A stretch of 64,000 bases of DNA from a bacterium (GTDB lineage: Bacteria; UBA8248; JACPRG01; G963555815): contig CAUVWX020000002.1 in the NCBI GenBank assembly GCA_963555815.3, positions 594,916 through 658,915 of the forward strand, given 5' to 3'. The position numbers were made by a program, and so were the translations under genes. The notes under the pieces are model-generated. The model was given only the letters and a program-made list of their open reading frames with translations, was not told where the DNA came from and did not search any database. This document shows positions 1-12,426 of this stretch, piece after piece; within the stretch, counting starts at the first letter, position 1, and each line of letters begins with the position of its first letter.

Positions 1-1586
1 GATGATGGGGAGGGGATGAGTCCTGAGGACGCAAGGCGGGCCTTTCTTCGCCACGCGACCAGCAAGATCGAACGTGCGGAGGATCTCAGGGCCATCCGAA
101 CGCTCGGCTTTCGGGGTGAGGCCCTGCCGAGCATCGCCGCCGTATCCCGAGTCACACTCATCACGCGCCCAAGGGGAGGAGGTCCCGAGGGGACGCGCGT
201 CCTGATCGAAGGCGGCAAGGTGAGAGACGTCTCACCGGCTCCGTCTCCTGAGGGGACGTCCATTGAGGTTCGGGATCTTTTCTTCAATACGCCGGCGCGT
301 CTTAAATTTTTAAAAAGCCCGGGGACCGAAATCTCCCGGATCGTCGAGGCAACCTCTCAGGCGGCCCTCTCAGCCCCCGGCCTTCGCCTGAAGCTGACCC
401 ATGAGGGACGGGCCCTCCTCGACCTTCCCCCCGCGAGGGACCGGGGGGAGAGAGTCCGAAGGCTCCTCGCAGGAACAGAAGCAAAGGAGCTTTTTTCCCT
501 CCCTCTCTTTGAGGAAGGGCCCAGTGGAATCAGGGTCGAGGGCTTTTGTTCGCCCCCTCCCCTAACCCGGGCTTCCAGGTCTTGCCAGCACGTCCTCGTC
601 AACGGCCGCTACGTCAGGGACCGGATCATCCTGAACGCCCTCTCCGAGGCCTATCGAAACCTTTTGCCCGCCGGAAGGCATCCCCTTGCTTTCCTCTTCA
701 TCGAGATGGCGCCAGACGCACTCGATGTGAACGTCCATCCGGCAAAGGCCGAGGTGCGCTTTCAAGATGGGAGACAAGTGTTCTCGGCGGTGAGGAAGGG
801 AGTCCTGGAGGGCCTGGTCCGGGCCGGGGCCTCCCCCGCCCTCGAGACGCCAAAGGGGCCCGCTTATTCTATGAAGGGCCATAGAATGCCCGCGCCGTCT
901 CCTGCGAGATGGTCTCTTCCCGTCCGCTCTCTGGGAAAGGTGGTGGCGCTGGCGCCAAAGGAGGCGCCTGATGAGCCCCTCCCCCTCCTTGCACCTGGGA
1001 CACCAAAGAACCTCCTCTCGGAGGGCCGCGTCCTGGGCCAGCTCCACGCCACCTACATTCTCTTGGAGCACGCCCGCGGGATGATGCTTGTGGATCAGCA
1101 CGCGGCCCATGAGCGGCTCCTCTTTGCCCGTCTGAAGGACAGGATTGAAAAAGGGAAGGTCGAAGGCCAGGGCCTCCTCCTCTCCCTCCCCATTGATTTC
1201 TCTCCGGAAGATGCCGAGGTCCTCTCCGAGCGCCTGGAGGATCTCAAAACCCTGGGATTTCATCTCGAACCCTTTGGGCCAAGGAGCTTCCTTCTGAGAG
1301 AGGTTCCCGCCCTTCTCGCCCACGAGGACCCGGAGGAGCTTCTCAGGGAACTCCTGGCCGGCCTGAAGGAGGGGAGGGACAAAAAACTCTCCGAGCTCGG
1401 GGAGGGCCTGCTTGAGCAGATGGCCTGCCGGGGAGCCCTCAAGGCGGGAAAGACTCTTAACCGTGAGGAGATGGAGCACCTCATCTCTGAGTGCCTCGAG
1501 CTCGATCTCCTCTTTGCCTGCCCTCATGGGCGGCCCATCACCCTTCTTCTCCCAAAGGAAGAAGTAGAGCGGAGATTTTTGAGGCG

Positions 1587-1590
<4 letters not shown>
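1..1590 (+). CDS. mutL: DNA mismatch repair endonuclease MutL (5'-truncated by window edge)
   Basis: Frame open from base 1 (DDGEGM); motifs RHATSKI, LGFRGEAL, DVNVHPAK, DQHAAHER, ACR, CPHGRP. Confidence 0.97.
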
Positions 1591-3906
<2,316 letters not shown>

Positions 3907-3955
3907 GATCCATTTAGGCCGGGCCTCGCGCCCTTTACGTATGAAAAGAGGGAAG

Positions 3956-5521
3956 ATGGCCTCGAAGGTCCTCATCCTCGATTTTGGCTCTCAGTACACC
4001 CAGCTCATCGCCAGGCGGGTGAGAGAGCAAAAAGTCTACTGCGAGATCATGCCCTGCACGGTGTCTCTCGAAAAGATCCGGGCCTTTGAGCCGGGGGGCC
4101 TCATCCTTTCAGGGGGTCCCTGGAGCGTCTATGGGTCAGACGCCCCCAAAGTCCCGAAGGCCGTGCTGGAGCTCGGGGTCCCGGTCCTTGGGATCTGCTA
4201 CGGCCTCCAGTTCATGGCCCACCATCTGGGCGGAAAGGTCCGCCCACAGGCGAGACGGGAGTATGGACACGCGGGGCTCGAGATACTGGACTCCTCAGAC
4301 CTCTTCCAGGGCTTTGCGGGCGAGATCCCCGTCTGGATGAGCCACGGGGACGCCATCGAGGAGTGTCCGCCCGGGTTTCAGTCCATCGGGCGGACCGAGA
4401 ACTCCCCCGTGGCCGCGATGAGGAACGGGAGCCGAAAACTCTTTGGCATCCAGTTCCACCCCGAGGTGGTCCATACGCCAAAAGGCCGGGAGGTGCTGAG
4501 GAATTTCCTGTTTGGGATCTGCGGCGTCGCCCCTGAGTGGACCATGGCTTCCTTCATCGATACCTCTGTCCGAACCATCCGCGAACAGGTCGGGGAGGAG
4601 GGGGTACTGCTCGGGCTTTCAGGGGGCGTCGATAGCGCTGTCGCCGCGGCCCTTCTCCAGCGTGCCATTGGGGATCAGCTGACCTGCATCTTTGTGGACA
4701 ACGGCCTCCTACGAAAGGGGGAGGCACAAGAAGTGCTGGAGTTCTTCCAAGACCACATGAGGCTTCGGCTTCGCTTTCGGGAAGCCGGCCTGGAATTTTT
4801 AACGGCCCTTCGGGGAGTGACCGACCCCGAGGAGAAGCGACGGAGAATCGGTCGGCTCTTTATCAAAATATTCGAAATGGAGGCCGAGGGTGCCGAGCGC
4901 GAAAGCGCAAGAAGGCCCTGCCCTGCGCCGTTCACCTACCTATCCCAGGGGACCCTCTACCCCGACGTCATTGAGAGCGTCTCCTTCAAAGGTCCCTCGG
5001 CCACCATCAAAACGCACCACAACGTGGGAGGGCTCCCGGAGAACATGAATCTGAAACTCCTGGAGCCCCTTCGAGAACTCTTCAAGGATGAGGTGAGGAA
5101 GCTCGGCCAAGAGCTGGGGCTCCCCAGAGAGGTCCTCATCCGGCATCCCTTCCCGGGCCCAGGGCTCGCCGTGCGCATCCCCGGGGAGGTGACGGAGGGG
5201 GCCCTCCAGATCCTCCGCGAGGCGGACGCCATCTTCATGGAGGAGATAAAACGGGCGGGTCTCTACGAAGAGATCTGGCAGGCCTTCGCCGTCCTCCTTC
5301 CCGTCCGGACGGTCGGCGTCATGGGGGACCAACGGACCTATGAGCACGCCGTCGCCCTCCGGGCCGTAACGAGCCAAGACGGCATGACGGCCGACTGGGT
5401 GAAACTCCCCGGGGACCTCCTGGGGGTCATCTCGGCCCGCATCATCAACGAGGTGAAAGGCGTGAATCGGGTTGTCTATGATATCTCCTCAAAACCCCCC
5501 GCCACGATTGAGTGGGAGTGA
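3956..5521 (+). CDS. guaA: GMP synthase (glutamine-hydrolysing)
   Basis: [50 protein letters not shown]. Confidence 0.98.
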   Translation: MASKVLILDFGSQYTQLIARRVREQKVYCEIMPCTVSLEKIRAFEPGGLILSGGPWSVYGSDAPKVPKAVLELGVPVLGICYGLQFMAHHLGGKVRPQARREYGHAGLEILDSSDLFQGFAGEIPVWMSHGDAIEECPPGFQSIGRTENSPVAAMRNGSRKLFGIQFHPEVVHTPKGREVLRNFLFGICGVAPEWTMASFIDTSVRTIREQVGEEGVLLGLSGGVDSAVAAALLQRAIGDQLTCIFVDNGLLRKGEAQEVLEFFQDHMRLRLRFREAGLEFLTALRGVTDPEEKRRRIGRLFIKIFEMEAEGAERESARRPCPAPFTYLSQGTLYPDVIESVSFKGPSATIKTHHNVGGLPENMNLKLLEPLRELFKDEVRKLGQELGLPREVLIRHPFPGPGLAVRIPGEVTEGALQILREADAIFMEEIKRAGLYEEIWQAFAVLLPVRTVGVMGDQRTYEHAVALRAVTSQDGMTADWVKLPGDLLGVISARIINEVKGVNRVVYDISSKPPATIEWE

Positions 5522-5525
5522 GGTC

Positions 5526-5837
5526 GTGACGAAGAACGTCATCATGATCAATCTGATCGAGGTAAAGGAGGAAATGGCGAAAGAATTCCTTGCCAGGTGG
5601 GATAAGGTCACTCAGTATATGCGAAAGCAACCGGGCTTCGTCCAGACCCAGCTTCACCGAAGGTTCGACGACCCCTCCCGGTGGGTCAACGTGGCTGAGT
5701 TCACGTCCATCCGGGCCATCAGGGCCGCCTTTGCCAACAAGGAGTTCGAGCTAATCTCTGGGGACTACCCCGGCCGTCGAGACATCGGCCTCTACGCCAT
5801 CGTGCGCTCGGCCCGAGCCACGAAGCGGAGGGGCTGA
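5526..5837 (+). CDS. Antibiotic biosynthesis monooxygenase (ABM)-domain protein
   Basis: MINLIEV...FLARW...MRKQPGFVQTQLHR pattern typical of ABM domains; GTG start just after guaA. Confidence 0.7.
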   Translation: MTKNVIMINLIEVKEEMAKEFLARWDKVTQYMRKQPGFVQTQLHRRFDDPSRWVNVAEFTSIRAIRAAFANKEFELISGDYPGRRDIGLYAIVRSARATKRRG

Positions 5838-5937
5838 CTTCCCGCGCTAAAAAGATCTAATCTAGATGTCATAGCGTAGCTCTTTAGAGCCGCCCTAGGG
5901 AATTCGGTTGCTGGCGTGCCCCCTGAGGGAGTGCCCC

Positions 5938-8900
5938 ATGCCCCACTCCGATTTCGTCCACCTTCACCTCCACACCCAATACAGCCTTCTCGACGGGGCG
6001 ATCCGGATTGAACCACTCCTCCAAAGAGCCAATGCCCTCCAGATGCCGGCCCTGGCCGTCACCGACCACGGGAACCTCTTCGGGGCCATCAAGTTCTACC
6101 GGGCGGCCAAGGCCCACGGGATCAAGCCCATCCTAGGTTGTGAGGTCTACATGGCCCAGGGGAGCCGCTTTGACCGCACCCCTCTGTCAGGGGACTCCGC
6201 CGTCGGCGTCAACCACCTCCTTTTACTGGTCAAGAATGAGACGGGCTATCAGAACCTCATCCGGATCGTCGGAAAGAGCCACCTCGAGAGTTTTTACTAC
6301 CGCCCCCGGGTTGACCGCGAGCTCCTGGAGCACCATGCCGAAGGCCTGATTGCAACGAGCGCCTGCCTGAACGGCGAGATTCCCCAGCGCCTTCTCCTAG
6401 GGGACGAAGAAGGGGCTCGTCGGACCGCCCGCTACTACCGGGACCTCTTCCCGGACCGCTTCTACATCGAGGTCCAGGACCACGGCATCTCGGAGCAGAA
6501 GAAGGTCCTGCCGGGGCTCATCAAGATTGCCCGGGAGCTGGAACTCCCCCTTCTGGCCTCGAACGACTGCCACTATCTGGAGGCCGGGGACGCCTCGGCC
6601 CACGAGACCCTCCTCTGCATCCAGACGGGAAAGACCCGCTCAGACCCGGCGCGCTGGAGGTTCGGATCCGATCAGCTCTACCTCAAGTCTCCCGAGGAGA
6701 TGAAGGCGCTCTGCCAGGAGTTCCCCGAGGCCTGGAAGAACACCCTTCGGGTGGCCGAGCGTTGCAACCTGGACATTCGATTCGGCGAAGGCCATCTTCC
6801 CCACTACCAGACCCCGGACGGGACCTCCCTGGACGAGTACCTCGCTCGGCGAGCGCAAGAAGGTCTCGAGGCGCGCCTCTCGACTGCGGGTCCGGCCCCC
6901 GGTTTCCCACCGGAATCCTACGCCAAACGCCTGGAAGAAGAGCTCCGGATGATTCGAGAGATGCACTACTCGGGCTATTTCCTCATTGTCTCGGACTTCA
7001 TCGACTACGCCAAGGGGAGGGAGATCCCCGTCGGTCCAGGCCGCGGCTCTTCCGCCGGGAGCCTCGTCGCCTACAGCCTGGGGGTCACCGACCTCGACCC
7101 CCTTCGCTACGGCCTTCTCTTCGAGCGTTTTCTGAACCCGAAGCGGGTCAGCATGCCCGACATCGACATTGACTTCTGCATGGAGCGCCGAGACGAGGTC
7201 ATCCAATACGTCACGGAGAAATACGGGCGGGAGAATGTGGCCCAGATCATCACCTTCGGGACCATGATGGCCAAGGGCGTTATCCGCGATGTGGGCCGGG
7301 CCATGGACATCCCTTACGGCGAGGTGGACCGGATTGCGAAGCTCGTGCCGACGCGCCTGAATATTACGCTGGAGGAGGCCCTTCAGGAGGAGCCCCGCCT
7401 TCGTGAACAGCGCGACCGAGAACCGAAGGTCGCCGAGCTTCTGCAGACGGCCAAAACCCTTGAGGGGCTCTCGCGCCACTCCAGCACCCACGCCGCTGGC
7501 GTCGTCATCTCCCCCCGGCCTCTCATCGAGACGGTTCCTCTGGCCAAGGGGACCAAGGGAGAGGCGCTGACCCAGTACGACATGCTGGATATCGAGGCCC
7601 TCGGGCTTCTAAAGATGGACTTCCTGGGCTTGAGGACTCTGACGGTCATCCGCCGGGCCGAGGAGCTCATCCGGGCCGAAGGGGAGAAGACAGATTTTCA
7701 GATCGAGGATATCCCTCTCGATGACCCCGAGACCTTCCGCCTCTTCGGCGAGGCCAGGACAACGGGGGTCTTTCAGTGCGAGAGCCGGGGGGTCCGTGAG
7801 ATCCTCAGGAGGCTTCGGCCCGAGCGCTTTGAGGACATCATCGCCGTTGTCGCCCTCTACCGCCCAGGGCCCCTTGGGAGCGGGATGGTGGAGGAGTTCA
7901 TCAATCGAAGGCAGGGCAAGGTGTCCACCGAATACGATCTCCCCCAGCTGGAGGACATTCTTAAAGAGACGCACGGTGTCATCCTCTATCAGGAACAGGT
8001 GATGCAGATGGCCACCCTCCTCGCCGGCTTCAGCCCGGGCGCGGCCGACCTCCTTCGCCGGGCCATGGGAAAGAAGAAGCCTGAGGAGATGGCCCGCCAG
8101 CGCGAGAATTTTTTGCAGGGCTGCGCCGAGCGGGGGATCCCCACTGAACGGGCCGAGCGCCTCTTTGAGCTCATGGCCTACTTTGCCGGTTACGGCTTCA
8201 ACAAGTCCCACAGCGCCGCCTACGCCCTCGTGGCTTACCGAACCGCTTACCTCAAGGCCCACTACCCACGAGAGTTCATGGCCTCCCTCCTCACGTGCGA
8301 CATGGACAACACCGACAAGGTGATGAAGAACATCGGGGAGTGCCGCGAGATGGATATCCCCGTCCTCCCCCCGGACATCAACCAGAGCGGAAAACAGTTC
8401 ACCGTCTCCCCTGAGGGCCTCCGCTTTGGCCTCGCCGCCGTTAAAAACGTCGGCGAAGGGGCTGTGGACGCGATGCTCAAGGCGAGAGAGGAAGGCCCCT
8501 TCTCTTCTCTTTTCAACTTCTGCGAGCAGGTGGACGCCCGTCAGGTCAACCGAAGGGTGGTGGAGTCTCTCATCAAGTGCGGGGCCTTCGACTCGACCGG
8601 CGCAAAACGCTCTCAGCTCATAGCCGTCCTCGACCAGGCCCTGGGAAGGGCGGGAAAGAGCCAGCAGGACCGGATGACGGGCCAAAAAAGCCTTTTTGGC
8701 GCGGACACCTCCGAGGGCGCGGCCGACCTTCCCCTTCCGTCCATAGAAGAATGGACGGACCGGGAGCTTCTGAGTCAGGAGAGAGAGGCCTTGGGCTTCT
8801 TCATCACAGGACACCCCCTCGACCGCTTTGAACGCGACCTGAAACTCCTAACAGACACCAACACAGGGGCCCTTCCCGAGGTTCCATCGGACCGAAAGGT

Positions 8901-9399
8901 CCGCCTCGGGGGGATTGTGAGCGGCCTAAAAGTGCAAACCACAAAAAGAGGCAATCTGATGGCCCGGTTCCGCCTGGAAGATCTGGATGGCTTTGCCGAC
9001 GTCATCGTCTTCCCGGACACTTATAAGGAGGCGGCCCCCCATCTTGAAATGGGCGATGAGCCGATCTTCGTCATTGGGACGACGGACTCGGGAGAGAACG
9101 GCGTCACGCTCAAGGCGGAGAAGATTCTGCCCCTGACCCAGGCCCGGAAGAAGATGGCCTCGCGCGTTTTCATCCGGATCCCGGCACAAGATCGAAACAG
9201 AGAGGTCCTTCGAGCCCTCCTCATCGATCTCAAAGAGGTCCTGGGGAATTTCCGAGGGGATCTCCCGCTGGTCCTTCAATTTCTCTCCGGCGCCACAAGC
9301 CGTAAGAAGATTTTTGCCGAATTCAAGGTCGATCCCTCCCCTGAGATGGTCGAGCGGGTCGAGGCCCTATTGGGCAAAGACTCCGTCCACCTGGGGTGA
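5938..9399 (+). CDS. dnaE: DNA polymerase III alpha subunit
   Basis: FVHLHLHTQYSLLDG PHP domain, GPGRGSSAGS, MPDIDIDF, YGFNKSHSAAY. Confidence 0.98.
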   Translation: MPHSDFVHLHLHTQYSLLDGAIRIEPLLQRANALQMPALAVTDHGNLFGAIKFYRAAKAHGIKPILGCEVYMAQGSRFDRTPLSGDSAVGVNHLLLLVKNETGYQNLIRIVGKSHLESFYYRPRVDRELLEHHAEGLIATSACLNGEIPQRLLLGDEEGARRTARYYRDLFPDRFYIEVQDHGISEQKKVLPGLIKIARELELPLLASNDCHYLEAGDASAHETLLCIQTGKTRSDPARWRFGSDQLYLKSPEEMKALCQEFPEAWKNTLRVAERCNLDIRFGEGHLPHYQTPDGTSLDEYLARRAQEGLEARLSTAGPAPGFPPESYAKRLEEELRMIREMHYSGYFLIVSDFIDYAKGREIPVGPGRGSSAGSLVAYSLGVTDLDPLRYGLLFERFLNPKRVSMPDIDIDFCMERRDEVIQYVTEKYGRENVAQIITFGTMMAKGVIRDVGRAMDIPYGEVDRIAKLVPTRLNITLEEALQEEPRLREQRDREPKVAELLQTAKTLEGLSRHSSTHAAGVVISPRPLIETVPLAKGTKGEALTQYDMLDIEALGLLKMDFLGLRTLTVIRRAEELIRAEGEKTDFQIEDIPLDDPETFRLFGEARTTGVFQCESRGVREILRRLRPERFEDIIAVVALYRPGPLGSGMVEEFINRRQGKVSTEYDLPQLEDILKETHGVILYQEQVMQMATLLAGFSPGAADLLRRAMGKKKPEEMARQRENFLQGCAERGIPTERAERLFELMAYFAGYGFNKSHSAAYALVAYRTAYLKAHYPREFMASLLTCDMDNTDKVMKNIGECREMDIPVLPPDINQSGKQFTVSPEGLRFGLAAVKNVGEGAVDAMLKAREEGPFSSLFNFCEQVDARQVNRRVVESLIKCGAFDSTGAKRSQLIAVLDQALGRAGKSQQDRMTGQKSLFGADTSEGAADLPLPSIEEWTDRELLSQEREALGFFITGHPLDRFERDLKLLTDTNTGALPEVPSDRKVRLGGIVSGLKVQTTKRGNLMARFRLEDLDGFADVIVFPDTYKEAAPHLEMGDEPIFVIGTTDSGENGVTLKAEKILPLTQARKKMASRVFIRIPAQDRNREVLRALLIDLKEVLGNFRGDLPLVLQFLSGATSRKKIFAEFKVDPSPEMVERVEALLGKDSVHLG

Positions 9400-9541
9400 G
9401 AAACATAGCCCTCATGATTCACAGCCCCCCCGAGGGCCCGACCAAAGCAGACCCCTTCCTTTCTTTACTCGCCCCCCCGAAATGGATATCCTGAGGGGAC
9501 CAGGGAAAAGCTGGGGGCCGTTATCCGAGGGTGGTTTCAGG

Positions 9542-10246
9542 ATGCCGAGTTTTAACTGGACGTGGCTTGGCCGGACGGACTATGAAGAGGCCCTCGGGCT
9601 TCAAAAAACCCTCCGGGAAAGACGCCAGGCCGGAGAGATCCCTGACCAGCTCCTTCTCCTCGAGCACCCTCCCGTCCTGACCGTGGGCCGGGGCGGGAAC
9701 GCGGGCAATATCCTGGCCTCCCCCAAAAAACTTCTGGGTCTGAGGATTCCTGTTCACCGCATCAACAGAGGGGGAGACGTCACCTATCACGGGCCCGGGC
9801 AGCTCGTGGGCTATCCCATCCTCGACCTGAGGGCGAGGGGGAGAGACGCCCACCGCTACCTTCGAGACCTTGAAAAGGTTTTCATAAAGCTCCTCCTTGG
9901 ACGGGGGATTCAGGCCCGTCGATCCCCTGGCCGCACCGGGGTCTGGGTGGGAAACGCAAAGATCCTCGCCATCGGGGTCGGCCTCAGGCGGTGGACGACG
10001 CTTCACGGATTCGCCTTCAATGTCAGGACGGACCTCTCCCTGTTTGACCTCATCCGGCCCTGTGGCCTCGAGATGGGGACCGCGACGTCCCTGGAGACCC
10101 TGGAGGGACAAAAAACGCGGGTTGAAGACCTTGTGGATGAAGTGGTCGCCCGGTTCGCCGAGGTCTTCGGGATGGAAGGAGAACCGCTTCACAAGGACGA
10201 GCTGTTCCTTCCCGTGACGCAAGTGGGAACCGAGGGGTCTCTTTGA
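9542..10246 (+). CDS. lipB: Octanoyltransferase LipB
   Basis: LLLEHPPVLTVG, RGGDVTYHGPGQLVGYPI, HGFAFNV, IRPCG. Confidence 0.93.
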   Translation: MPSFNWTWLGRTDYEEALGLQKTLRERRQAGEIPDQLLLLEHPPVLTVGRGGNAGNILASPKKLLGLRIPVHRINRGGDVTYHGPGQLVGYPILDLRARGRDAHRYLRDLEKVFIKLLLGRGIQARRSPGRTGVWVGNAKILAIGVGLRRWTTLHGFAFNVRTDLSLFDLIRPCGLEMGTATSLETLEGQKTRVEDLVDEVVARFAEVFGMEGEPLHKDELFLPVTQVGTEGSL

Positions 10247-10257
10247 GAGGAGGGAGG

Positions 10258-11091
10258 ATGGGCAGGACCCAGAAAATTTTTACCCCTTCTCCGCCACCGG
10301 CGCTGGGGTCCTTGGGACGAGAGGGACCGAGGGCGGTGGGCTTCGTCTTATTGGCCATCGTGTTTTTCTTCATGGCCACCGACGCTTATGCTACAAGTCT
10401 TTTGTCTCTTGAAGGGTGGAGAGAGTTCGGGCTTCGGGGCTGGATTCTCTTTCAGCGGGGCGGGGTCGTCATGTACCCCATCCTCTTCTGCTCCATCCTG
10501 GGCGTGGGGGTTTCCCTGGAGCGCCTCTTCAGCCTGAGGCGAGGCCGCGTCATCCGGCAGGATTTTCTGGACGATGTGCGCCACCACTGGTCCAACGGGG
10601 ACGCGAAAGAGGCTCTGAAAGTCTGCCAGGGTTGCAACATTTCCATCGCCCGGGTCCTCCGGGCGGGACTTCAACGCCTCGGCCATCCTCTTGCCGACAT
10701 CGAGCGGGCCATTGATTCGGCGGGCCAGCACGAAGTCTCCCTCCTCACCACTCATCTTCGGGCCCTTGGGTTCCTGGGCAATGTCGCCCCCATGCTGGGC
10801 TTTCTCGGGACAGTGGCGGGGATGATCCAGGCCTTTAACGTGATCTCTCAAAGCGGGACAGGGGATCCGGGTCTGGTGGCGGCGGGGATCTCAGAGGCCC
10901 TGATCACGTCGGCCGCCGGCCTCGTGGTGGGGATCCCGTCTCTGGCCGCCTACCATTACTTTCGTTCCAGGGTGGACGGTTACGTCTCCGAGATGGAGGG
11001 CATCTCCCTCGACCTCCTAGAGGGTCTTGCCAAGGGGATTTCGGAGGGAGGCGCCCCGGGGGTCAAGAGCCATGCGGTTCAATCGTCCTGA
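10258..11091 (+). CDS. exbB: MotA/TolQ/ExbB proton channel family protein
   Basis: GGVVMYPIL, APMLGFLGTVAGMIQAF, AAGISEALITSAAGLVVGIP; start codon uncertain (10243 or 10258). Confidence 0.88.
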   Translation: MGRTQKIFTPSPPPALGSLGREGPRAVGFVLLAIVFFFMATDAYATSLLSLEGWREFGLRGWILFQRGGVVMYPILFCSILGVGVSLERLFSLRRGRVIRQDFLDDVRHHWSNGDAKEALKVCQGCNISIARVLRAGLQRLGHPLADIERAIDSAGQHEVSLLTTHLRALGFLGNVAPMLGFLGTVAGMIQAFNVISQSGTGDPGLVAAGISEALITSAAGLVVGIPSLAAYHYFRSRVDGYVSEMEGISLDLLEGLAKGISEGGAPGVKSHAVQSS

Positions 11092-11470
11092 GGAAGATTA
11101 CAACCTTCCTTTCATCTCCATGGTCGACGTCGTCTTCCTCCTCATCATCTTCTTTATGGTCTCGACCACCTTCATCGATTTCACGCGGCGGATTGACATA
11201 GAGCTGCCGGACGCGAAGGCAGGGGCTCCGACCGAAAAGGTCCACGAGATCCTCATCGAGGTGGAGGAGAACGGGGACCTATTTTTGAACGGCCAGGCGA
11301 TCACGCTAATCGGCCTTGAGGCGGCCCTGGAGGCCACTCGAGGGGAAGAGAGGCGCTCGGCCGTCATCCGGGCAGACCGAAGGCTCCCCTACGGTCTCAT
11401 CGTGAGAGTGTTGGGGATCTCCCGGGCCTCTGGGATTTACGACATCGGGGTCGCCTTGAAGGAGGAGTGA
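11072..11470 (+). CDS. exbD: ExbD/TolR biopolymer transport protein
   Basis: SMVDVVFLLIIFFMVSTTF, IELP, IRADRRLPYG; overlaps exbB. Confidence 0.88.
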   Translation: MRFNRPEEDYNLPFISMVDVVFLLIIFFMVSTTFIDFTRRIDIELPDAKAGAPTEKVHEILIEVEENGDLFLNGQAITLIGLEAALEATRGEERRSAVIRADRRLPYGLIVRVLGISRASGIYDIGVALKEE

Positions 11471-11566
11471 CCTCTCATCCCGGGCGAAAGGCACGAAAAT
11501 TAACCGGGGTCATCAAGGAGTCTAAGCAGTCTATCGCCGGACGGAGTTGATGGAGCAAAAAGTCTG

Positions 11567-12346
11567 ATGGCCATCCCCTTCTCGACGCGTCTCTGGGTCT
11601 ACACCAATTACGACTGCAACCTCTCTTGTATTTACTGCTGTGCCCGCTCCCACCCCAAGGCCGAACGGCGGGAGATCGGTCTAAAAACTTTCCAAAAATT
11701 GGTGGATGAGGCCGCCAATCTTGGGTTTGAGGAACTTTATCTGACAGGAGGAGAGCCGTTCCTTCTGCCCGAGATCTTCGACATGCTGAGCCACTCCCTC
11801 CCCCGGATTCCCACGACCGTCCTCACCAATGCGACCATCTTCACGCCAAAGCGGCTCGAACGCTTGAAGACGCTGCCGACAGGACACCTCTCCCTTCAGG
11901 TGAGCATCGACAGCCCAGACGCCGTTGTGAATGATTTTTACCGCGGAGCGGGGAGTTTCGAAAAGGCCCTAAAAGGGGTCCGTAGCCTGACGGCGGCGGG
12001 CATGCGCGTCCGCATCGGGGCGACAGAGACGCCCAAAAGCCGCGGACAGGGGGAGACCCTCTTTGACTTCCTCTCTGGCGAAGGGATCTCTCGGGATGAC
12101 CAGGTCCTTCGGCCCCTCGCCATGCGGGGCTTCTCGGAGGACGGGAAGGAGATCACGACCGACAAGCTCCTTCCCGAGCTTTGCGTAGACCGGGATGGGG
12201 TCTACTGGCACCCCGTCTCGACGGACGAGGACTTCCGCATCTGCCAGGAGATCTTTCCCCTCTCTCGGGTTGTTGCCACCGTTGAGGCTGAACTCATTCG
12301 CAGGGAGCGGGAAGGCATCCAAAGCGTCCCGTTTCAGTGAGCCTAG
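11567..12346 (+). CDS. Radical SAM protein of MoeX/Rv1681 type, probable selenoprotein with penultimate Sec (…PFQ-U-A-stop)
   Basis: RLWVYTNYDCNLSCIYCC (CX3CX2C), TGGEPFL, DGVYWHPV; TGA 12338-12340 is followed by GCC TAG and a SECIS-like hairpin. The radical SAM call is solid and the Sec extension is inferred. Confidence 0.85.
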
Positions 12347-12350
12347 CCCT

Positions 12351-12368
12351 TTGGCCCGGTCGGGCCGA
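12351..12368 (+). promoter_or_regulatory. Putative bacterial SECIS element
   Basis: UUGGCCC-GGUC-GGGCCGA; stem starts 11 nt and loop 18 nt after the UGA. Confidence 0.75.
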
Positions 12369-12426
12369 GTCAAGAAGAAGATAGACGGCCATTCAAGGTT
12401 TTTATTTTTCCATCACAAAATAACGC

